Shown here: positions 57,968-64,000 of the stretch, piece by piece
Layout: each line of letters starts with the position of its first letter
Position numbering within the stretch: the first letter of the stretch is position 1
IMG/VR virus record: IMGVR_UViG_3300035208_005676
Span: 1-64,000 of that record
Strand: one strand, 5' to 3'
DNA length: 64,000 bases
Origin: a virus
Lineage: Duplodnaviria; Caudoviricetes
Notes under the pieces: generated by a model
Told to the model about the DNA's origin: nothing
What the model saw: the letters and a program-made list of their open reading frames with translations, nothing else
The model's database searches: none
Translations under genes and position numbers: made by a program

Positions 57968-58456
57968 ATGGCCGTAGACGTCGGTGAGTACATCCAGGGG
58001 CCCAGCGCGGCCCAGCTGAAGCCCTCGCGGCTCCACAACGAGCTGGGATTCTGGCTCAGCGATCGGCGGCGGGTGCTCTCCGCGACCCTGGCGCAGGGCG
58101 GGCTGCTCGTCGGCTACTGGATTGCTCCCTGGGCAGGGGTGATCGAGTCGGTGCAGACCACGCAGCTGGTTGCCGGGGCCGGCGGCGGCGTCGCGAACAC
58201 GATCGCCCTCGTCGTCGGCGGGGTCAGCGCGTTCACCCTCGCCGCGGACGGGGCCACGATCCTGGACAACGCGGCGGCGGGCACGTCCGCGCTGACCGCA
58301 CCCACGGCCGGCACGGTGGCCTCTCCGGACGGGGTCCTGCGGCTGCACTTCGCCAAGGGAGACACGATCTTCCTGACCGGCGTGCCCACCGCGGCCCAGT
58401 ACGGCACCGCGCGGACGGACATCGTGATCGCCCGCGAGAACACCGCGGGAGCGTGA
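57968..58456 (+). CDS. putative virion structural protein, paralogue 2
   Basis: 162 aa, colinear with paralogue 1. Confidence 0.65.
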   Translation: MAVDVGEYIQGPSAAQLKPSRLHNELGFWLSDRRRVLSATLAQGGLLVGYWIAPWAGVIESVQTTQLVAGAGGGVANTIALVVGGVSAFTLAADGATILDNAAAGTSALTAPTAGTVASPDGVLRLHFAKGDTIFLTGVPTAAQYGTARTDIVIARENTAGA

Positions 58457-58457
58457 C

Positions 58458-58706
58458 GTGCGGCTGATCGTCCAGGTGGAGCAGGGCGCGGGGGAAGACC
58501 GCAATTCCCCCGAGGCTCTGGCCGCGCTGGAGAAGGCGCTACACCAGACCGCGGCCAGCCTGCTCGGAGCATCGCTGGACCCACCCGCCGAAGGGAAGCT
58601 CCCGACGCAAGCCGCGCGGAACCTCCAGGCCCGGATCGAAGCGTACTACCAGGAGCAGCTGCTCCCGCACATGATCGAACAGATTTTGGAGGTATTGCCG
58701 CAATGA
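58458..58706 (+). CDS. hypothetical protein
   Basis: operon-packed ORF. Confidence 0.6.
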   Translation: MRLIVQVEQGAGEDRNSPEALAALEKALHQTAASLLGASLDPPAEGKLPTQAARNLQARIEAYYQEQLLPHMIEQILEVLPQ

Positions 58707-59026
58707 GTACCCCGATTGCCCCGACCGAGCCCTACTTCTCGTCCATCGGCGGGCGGAAGATGCTGGTCCTGCTGATCGCCGTGGCCTTCGCCGTGGCCGT
58801 CATCGCGGTCGCGCTGTTCCGGGCGGTGCCCACGGAGACCCTGGGGGAGGTCTTCCGCTTCCTGGAGGTGGTGATCCTCGCGTACATGGGAGCGAACGCG
58901 ATCTCGGCCGGCTCGGCCGCGGTGGCGAAAGCAGTCGGGCAGAAGCCCGCGTCCACGCCCGGGGTGGAGCTGCTCTCGCTGAAGGTGTCCGACTCCGAGG
59001 ATCTGCCCGAGAAGTCTGGCGAATGA
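58703..59026 (+). CDS. holin-like 2-TM protein
   Basis: GGRKML + two hydrophobic helices + AYMGAN. Confidence 0.55.
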   Translation: MSTPIAPTEPYFSSIGGRKMLVLLIAVAFAVAVIAVALFRAVPTETLGEVFRFLEVVILAYMGANAISAGSAAVAKAVGQKPASTPGVELLSLKVSDSEDLPEKSGE

Positions 59027-59358
59027 GCCGACGGACCCGGTGGATCCTGCTCGGGGTGGCCTGCATCTTGGCAGGTTTCTTTCTGGGCCTGGCGATCTTC
59101 GGGCGCGGGGAGTGGGGCTTTCTGGGGGTGCTCGCGGGCTTTTTCGGGCTGGCCGTCAAGCCTGAGCCGGAGATCCCCGAGGTAGAACAGCGGGTGGCGA
59201 CGGCCAAGCGGGAAGTGGCTGTAGCGCAGGAGCGGGCGAAGGAAGCGGCCCGCGAGGTGAGCGTGGATGTTGCGGAAGCTGCTACTGGTCGGGATCGCCC
59301 TCGTACTGCTCGCAGGGTGCTCGACTACCTCCGGAGCGCGAACCGCGCCGGGAAGTAG
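59023..59358 (+). CDS. membrane protein with coiled coil (i-spanin-like)
   Basis: N-terminal TM hairpin, helical C-terminus, overlaps the lipoprotein gene. Confidence 0.45.
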   Translation: MSRRTRWILLGVACILAGFFLGLAIFGRGEWGFLGVLAGFFGLAVKPEPEIPEVEQRVATAKREVAVAQERAKEAAREVSVDVAEAATGRDRPRTARRVLDYLRSANRAGK

Positions 59359-59737
59359 TTTTGCCACCGCGGCGGGCTGCTCCGAGACGTTGACCCCTGT
59401 TGCTCTGCCAGTCGTGGCCGACGAAGATCTCCGCGTCGAGCCAATGGAGGGGGTGATCTCCCCCGACCCGGCTGCCTGGACAACCCCCTTTCACGGCCAG
59501 CTTCTTTCCGATGCAGCTCTGGCGCTTTTGGAGGCGAAAGCCCGGGGCGGAGAGCTGCGCGAAGACGAGGCAGAGCGGCTGCGGGGGGTCGCCTGTCGGC
59601 TGCTCGGAGAAGTAGAGCGAGATCTGGTGCGACAACGGGCCGAGCTGGGGACGGCTCGGCGTAGTCTGGGGATGTTGGCGGCGGGGTCGGCTGGGGCGGT
59701 GCTCCTGCTTGCGATCCTCGCGGTTGCTGGGAGGTAG
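59267..59737 (+). CDS. lipoprotein with C-terminal TM (spanin-like)
   Basis: LLAG|C lipobox; C-terminal hydrophobic helix. Confidence 0.55.
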   Translation: MLRKLLLVGIALVLLAGCSTTSGARTAPGSSFATAAGCSETLTPVALPVVADEDLRVEPMEGVISPDPAAWTTPFHGQLLSDAALALLEAKARGGELREDEAERLRGVACRLLGEVERDLVRQRAELGTARRSLGMLAAGSAGAVLLLAILAVAGR

Positions 59738-59741
59738 CGGC

Positions 59742-60218
59742 ATGGGATGGATCGAAGCACACTGGCCCCTTTTCGTGGTCGCGGCCTCGCTGGCCATTCC
59801 TCTGATTCTGGCGGGGATGATGCTCGTCCGCGTGACCGGGCACGGCAACGCGACGAGCACCGGCCGGCAGAGCATCGGGGAGCAGCACATTGCCCTGCAG
59901 AACGGACGGCAGGAATGCCCGCCGGTGGTCTACACCACGATGGGCAGCCTGGCAGCGGCTGTTCAAGAGCTGCAGCGGCAGGTGGCCGAGGGCTTCCGTG
60001 AGGTGCGGGTTGACCAGAAAGAGACGCGGATGCAGCAGGCGCAGATCGCGGCCGATCTTCGGGTGGCCTCCGAGGGCTTCCGGGTGGCCGCCGAGGGCTT
60101 CCACGCGTTCTCCCGGCTGATGGAGCGATTCGACATCGAGGAAGAGACGATCCGCGTGCTCGACCGGGAGGCAGACGCGCTCGGCCGGGCGGGTGAGCGG
60201 GAGAGGGCGCACGGGTGA
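59742..60218 (+). CDS. membrane-anchored coiled-coil protein
   Basis: GGGAGG RBS; N-terminal TM. Confidence 0.6.
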   Translation: MGWIEAHWPLFVVAASLAIPLILAGMMLVRVTGHGNATSTGRQSIGEQHIALQNGRQECPPVVYTTMGSLAAAVQELQRQVAEGFREVRVDQKETRMQQAQIAADLRVASEGFRVAAEGFHAFSRLMERFDIEEETIRVLDREADALGRAGERERAHG

Positions 60219-61984
60219 TCCCGATCCGCCCGAATCGGGAGCAGCTGCGGCGGCACGTCGAGCGAGCTTCAATTACCCCCGAGGTGGCCAAGGCGATCCG
60301 GGAGATCGTCCAGCTGCACCATGAAGCTCTTGTCGAGGCGGTCTGCGGCGGGAGCATGCTCCCCGAGGCCGTGACGGCTCAGATCCGGGCTGCAGGGATC
60401 CCGCGCTGGGCCGGTCCTTCTGTCGTCGAGTCGGGGGTCGACCTGGGGATCCTCACCGCGGGCCTAAAAGACCCCTTCCAGGACGAAGTTGACCCTGACG
60501 AGCTGGCCCGGCGGATCCTGCACCAGCGGGAGTTGCCGCTGTCCTACGCAGAGGCCGTGGCTGAGCAGGAGGCCAAAGAGAAAGCGGCCATTTACTGCCG
60601 CGGCCTCGGAAACACCGTCGACAAGGAGACGCAATCGTTGATCGTCGAGACGACGGTCGAGAACCGCGCGCAGCTGGTTGACGCGATCCGCGACGAGACG
60701 GCCGAAGCAATCCACTGGCGCGAAACGCGTTTCGCAATGAAGAGTCGGCTCGGTCGGGCAACTGGCGAGTGGCACCGGGATCTGCACCGGATCGCCGAGA
60801 CGGAGCTGCACAATGCGATGCAGGCCGGGCGCGGGGCGGCAATCGAGCGCGACCACGGGGAGGGCGCGCAGGTAGCGAAGCGACCCAATCCGTCTGCCTG
60901 TCCTGCGTGTTTGAGCATGTACCTGGATGGTGACGGCAACCCGCGGATCTTCCGGCTGTCAGAGATCAAGAGCGCGAGCAACGCCCGGGATCCCCAGACG
61001 GGCAAGCCGCGAAAGCGCGCGGACTGGGTTCCCGCCTTGGAGGCGCTACACCCCCACTGTTTCCTGCCCGGGGCAGTTGTCCAGGGCCGGATTCAGCTGG
61101 CGACCCGGGCGCTGTACCACGGGGAAGCCGTTGAAATACTTACTGCTCGTGGGCACAAGCTCACCGTCACGCCGAATCACCCCGTACCGACCGCGGACGG
61201 CCGCTGGCTCCCGGCGGGAAAGGTCGCGCAGGGCGATGATCTGCTCTGCTACCTTGGCGGGCAGGAAGGGGATGGTGCGGCCCGAGTCGCGCCTCGTCCG
61301 GACCCCCGGCACGAACAGCAGAACCCAGCCCGTATCGAGGAGGTATTTGACGCGTTTGCGAAAGGCGGTCGGTGTGCGCGATTGCATGCCTCCCCGATGG
61401 ACTTCCACGGCGATGCGATCGGCCTGGAGGGCGACGTCGATGTTGTATGGCCCGCAAGCGTGCTGTTGCGAGACGGCCTCTCCCCGGTCACGGAGTGCGG
61501 TAGCGATCTCGTCTTCCCCGAAGCCGACGTTGCGGCCGTAGCCGGTGGTCTGTCGCTCAGTTGCGCGGCGGGCTCGCAGCTCGGGAGACTCGGTTTGTCC
61601 TCGGCGGCTGGCCCAGGCGCTACCGAGCTGGCGCTCGACAGCAGTCCGATCCATGCGCAGGTGCTCCCACTTGATGTACTCCTGCTCGGACTGGCTTCGG
61701 AGCTGGACACCTGCGTCGAGGAGTTTGGCCTGCAGGGTGTTCCTTGCGACGCCGGCTTCGCCGGCAAGCTGCTTGATCGATTCCCCGGAGCGGTAGCGGC
61801 GGACAAAGTCGTTCAGGTTCGGAAGTTCAATTTTTCTGGTCATGTGTACGATCTCCAGTCGGAAACTGGATGGATCGTAGCAGACGGGGTTGTAACAAGC
61901 AACTGCCGCTGCCAGCTGATCTACGTTCCCGAGGGCTGGGGCTTCGACGAAGACGGCCGGCTGGTTCCCCCGAGGCGCAGGTGA
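60215..61984 (+). CDS. MuF/SPP1 gp7-like head morphogenesis protein with intein
   Basis: RIAETELHNA, ACPAC, and HPH|intein|CRC reconstituting the HPxCRC motif. Confidence 0.88.
   Translation: MIPIRPNREQLRRHVERASITPEVAKAIREIVQLHHEALVEAVCGGSMLPEAVTAQIRAAGIPRWAGPSVVESGVDLGILTAGLKDPFQDEVDPDELARRILHQRELPLSYAEAVAEQEAKEKAAIYCRGLGNTVDKETQSLIVETTVENRAQLVDAIRDETAEAIHWRETRFAMKSRLGRATGEWHRDLHRIAETELHNAMQAGRGAAIERDHGEGAQVAKRPNPSACPACLSMYLDGDGNPRIFRLSEIKSASNARDPQTGKPRKRADWVPALEALHPHCFLPGAVVQGRIQLATRALYHGEAVEILTARGHKLTVTPNHPVPTADGRWLPAGKVAQGDDLLCYLGGQEGDGAARVAPRPDPRHEQQNPARIEEVFDAFAKGGRCARLHASPMDFHGDAIGLEGDVDVVWPASVLLRDGLSPVTECGSDLVFPEADVAAVAGGLSLSCAAGSQLGRLGLSSAAGPGATELALDSSPIHAQVLPLDVLLLGLASELDTCVEEFGLQGVPCDAGFAGKLLDRFPGAVAADKVVQVRKFNFSGHVYDLQSETGWIVADGVVTSNCRCQLIYVPEGWGFDEDGRLVPPRRR
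60720..60735. repeat. 16-bp palindrome copy 9
   Basis: exact match. Confidence 0.95.
61046..61843 (-). CDS. antisense HTH + Vsr/DUF559-like endonuclease nested in the intein
   Basis: GGAGA SD before ATG; YRSGESIKQLAGEAGVARNTL (HTH); E.EI...QHACGPYNIDVA....IAVEVH...R..YL...GWVLLFV. Confidence 0.8.
   Translation of the reverse strand: MTRKIELPNLNDFVRRYRSGESIKQLAGEAGVARNTLQAKLLDAGVQLRSQSEQEYIKWEHLRMDRTAVERQLGSAWASRRGQTESPELRARRATERQTTGYGRNVGFGEDEIATALRDRGEAVSQQHACGPYNIDVALQADRIAVEVHRGGMQSRTPTAFRKRVKYLLDTGWVLLFVPGVRTRRDSGRTIPFLPAKVAEQIIALRDLSRREPAAVRGRYGVIRRDGELVPTSSKYFNGFPVVQRPGRQLNPALDNCPGQETVGV
61058..61903 (+). mobile_element. 282-aa intein (Hint) with no recognisable sense-strand endonuclease
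   Basis: CFLPGAVV (block A), LTVTPNHP (block B), GHVYDLQS (block F), VVTSN|C (block G). Confidence 0.9.
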
Positions 61985-62184
61985 GCCCGCCGCGCGTCTG
62001 CTGTCCGGGCTGCGGCCGGAAGGTTGCGCAGGAGGACAGCGATGGAGGCGGCTGGCTGGCCCGTACATCGGTTCTGAAGGTCGGGCCGGGCGGGGAGGTC
62101 AAGATCCGCTGTCGCCACTGTGGCGGCCTGGTAGCCCTGCCCTTGACCGAACGTCGGACCCCTCCGCTCATGGTGCGGCGCTAG
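61981..62184 (+). CDS. small zinc-ribbon protein
   Basis: CPGC...IRCRHC; GTGA-coupled. Confidence 0.65.
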   Translation: MSPPRVCCPGCGRKVAQEDSDGGGWLARTSVLKVGPGGEVKIRCRHCGGLVALPLTERRTPPLMVRR

Positions 62185-62207
62185 AGTTATCGTATGCTCT
62201 ACTACTC

Positions 62208-62402
62208 GTCGCGGATCCTCCGCGCAGGTGCAGCTTCGCTGCGCTCATGCCGCGGGTTTCGGCCCCCGCGTCGGCGTTTCGACTTTCCCCCGCTGGTTCC
62301 AGCCGCCACGGAAAAATACCCTCCGCGCAGGGGTTGTCGGCTCAGGCTGCGCGTCGCGGAAAACCACCCTCCGCGCTGGGGTTGCAGACGGTCAGGCCGG
62401 TG
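62208..62402 (-). CRISPR. trailer of four variant repeats with short spacers
   Basis: Variant repeats at about 62208-62237, 62249-62283, 62305-62340 and 62353-62388; 6-bp stem kept in all. Confidence 0.7.
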
Positions 62403-62803
62403 GTCGCGGATTCGTTCCCTCCGCGCAGGTGTTGCCGGCGGCCGCAGGTGCAGACGGCGTCCGCCAACCCCAGGGTCGCGGATTTGTTCCCTCCGCGCAG
62501 GTGTTGCCGGAGTTCGGTCCCGAGCCTGTGAGCACATTCTGATGGCGTCGCGGATTTGTTCCCTCCGCGCAGGTGTTGCCGGACGCCAGCTGATCGAGCT
62601 TGCTTATGAAGGAGAGTAGTCGCGGATTTGTTCCCTCCGCGCAGGTGTTGCCGGCACTCTCATTTTCAACCATCTCCTCTTGCTTGCGAGCCAGTCGCGG
62701 ATTTGTTCCCTCCGCGCAGGTGTTGCCGGTCGATCAGCTGGCGTGCAGCGCGCCGGTCCTTCGGGAGGTCGCGGATTTGTTCCCTCCGCGCAGGTGTTGC
62801 CGG
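62403..62803 (-). CRISPR. CRISPR array: 6 x 36-nt repeats, 5 spacers of 36-39 nt
   Basis: Repeat (minus strand) CCGGCAACACCTGCGCGGAGGGAACAAATCCGCGAC at 62403 (1 mismatch), 62475, 62547, 62619, 62694, 62768. Confidence 0.97.
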
Positions 62804-62809
62804 GGCACG

Positions 62810-64000
62810 TCACGGAATACCAGGAACGGCAAGGCTTTCTGCTTCGCTTTGCGAGCGGGTCTTTTTGAGTCGACTCCACTTCGATCCGCTTTTCTGCAAC
62901 TCCTTGGAATTATTGGCCGTCGCTTTCCCGTTCGGGGTTGCCACACCTTCCCGCTCGCTTCCATAGTGGATCAGGAGTACCCGAGCCGCGTTCTCGTCTT
63001 GATCCCAGCAGGCTCCGCACCCCGGACAGACGTGGTCGACGGACGCCGCGGCGTCCCATTTTTCAGTGTGGCCGCAGAGGTGGCATTCTTGCGTGGTATA
63101 GGCCGGATCCAGTTTGACGACGGTCTTCCCGCGCATCGTGAACGCGTTGATCAGGCAGAGTCGCAGCTCGGAAGGAGCGGCGATCCGCTGTTGAAGACGC
63201 GCTGCGGGCCTTTCCACCTCTTCGGCCTCGGGAGCGATGTGCCGCTGCATCTTGCTTAGATCGAAATCCTCCAGGATCAGCGTGTTGTACTGCTCGGCCA
63301 ACCGAGCCGCGGCGACACGGTAAACTTCCCGGCGACGGCGCAGAACCTTGTCTCGCAGGTTTTCCTGCCACTGCCAGAGGTGGTAGTCCTGTTTTTCCCA
63401 GGTGTCGAGCAGAGTAAAGCCCTCGTCATCGTCGGGAAAGCGGGCCTCTCGCCAAGCTCGAATCAGGATGACGAGGTGCCCCGTAGCTTTCCAGAGGTGG
63501 ACGTAAGCAATCCCCAGATCGGCCATCCACGCAGGAATCTTGTGGACTGAGATCCACGCGATGAGGCTCTTCTGCACCTCGTTGAAGTTCTTTTTGCGGA
63601 TGCTCTGAAGGTCACTGACCTTCTGCAACCGCTCTTGAATCGGAATGTCTACTCCGATTTCTCCCAGATCCCCGTCCGATCCGACGAAGAAGCCTCCCCG
63701 GAGCGATGCCGGCTTGCCGCGCCAGCCCAGGTCGACCGCGAGGAGCCGATTTCCGGGTACGACGATCTGTTCGGGGGTCTCTAGGGAAAGGCAGAGAGAC
63801 CAGCTCGGTTTGCCCGCCAACCGGGACACCTTGACTTTGGCCCACTTGACTCGGCTGTTCGGGGGCACCGGCCGATGCAAGGTCACCGGCCAGGTGGCCC
63901 AGATCGGCTTACCTGTTGAATCCGAGGAGACGCGCAGGTGAGCGACTGTTCGCTGTTCCGGAGAGCGGCGGCGATCCCAGGCCGACGCGGGGACGGGGTC
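62810..64000 (-). CDS. compact type V effector, Cas12m (V-U1)/TnpB-related; 5' end outside window
   Basis: Frame open to the edge; WPVTLHRPVP..VKW, AVDLGWR (RuvC-I), HLWQWQ..RDK..RRR..YR, LEDFDL (RuvC-II), CHLC..CPGC, DQDENAA (RuvC-III); abuts the array. Confidence 0.85.
   Translation of the reverse strand, partial: DPVPASAWDRRRSPEQRTVAHLRVSSDSTGKPIWATWPVTLHRPVPPNSRVKWAKVKVSRLAGKPSWSLCLSLETPEQIVVPGNRLLAVDLGWRGKPASLRGGFFVGSDGDLGEIGVDIPIQERLQKVSDLQSIRKKNFNEVQKSLIAWISVHKIPAWMADLGIAYVHLWKATGHLVILIRAWREARFPDDDEGFTLLDTWEKQDYHLWQWQENLRDKVLRRRREVYRVAAARLAEQYNTLILEDFDLSKMQRHIAPEAEEVERPAARLQQRIAAPSELRLCLINAFTMRGKTVVKLDPAYTTQECHLCGHTEKWDAAASVDHVCPGCGACWDQDENAARVLLIHYGSEREGVATPNGKATANNSKELQKSGSKWSRLKKTRSQSEAESLAVPGIP

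Noticed and set aside
62655-62693. Spacer resembling an RBS plus ATG (GAGGAG...ATG)
   Set aside because: Reads equally well as coding sequence (ARKQEEMVENES). Undecidable without the target.
62439-62767. Self-targeting by full-length spacers
   Set aside because: No match noticed in the window by eye. This needs a proper search.
62194-62966. ORFs across the CRISPR array
   Set aside because: Translations of the repeats.
62810-64000. IS200/IS605 TnpB interpretation
   Set aside because: The gene abuts a true repeat-spacer array rather than a transposon end, and it has Cas12m-like motifs. The upstream side is not visible.
1-64000. tRNA, rRNA, integrase, major capsid protein, prohead protease
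   Set aside because: None recognised in this window, so lifestyle and the proposed protease cannot be confirmed here.

Overview
This is a 64 kb segment of a large, high-GC tailed phage genome. No integrase, rRNA or tRNA was seen. (1) 1-10.9 kb, leftward partition and recombination module: ParB (cut by the window edge), RuvC, Dda/RecD-like helicase, SbcCD, and gp32-like SSB and UvsY-like proteins. (2) 11-26 kb, rightward replication module: SNF2 helicase, DnaB, primase, UDG-fused family A DNA polymerase, RecA with a LAGLIDADG intein, a Tad1-like anti-defence sponge and a DNA methylase. (3) Terminase, then about 26 kb before the portal gene, dominated by giant multi-domain ('polyvalent') proteins: HD hydrolase; C5-MTase/kinase/topoisomerase IB/zincin fusion; DarB-like MTase-helicase; DUF5661/ddrB-ParB. 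These share recurrent L-x-K-[G/A/S] junctions followed by short repeated modules. (4) Portal, two tandem paralogues, lysis-like membrane genes and a MuF/gp7 head protein with an intein. (5) A CRISPR array directly behind a Cas12m-like type V effector cut by the right edge. Main findings: a MuF intein whose likely homing endonuclease (HTH + Vsr/DUF559-like) is a separate gene on the antisense strand; a probable protease-processed, capsid-loaded polyprotein cargo system; nine copies of a 16-bp palindrome resembling an inside-out parS; and a CRISPR trailer of structure-conserving variant repeats with about 11-21-nt spacers. All calls come from reading motifs by eye. No database searches were run.
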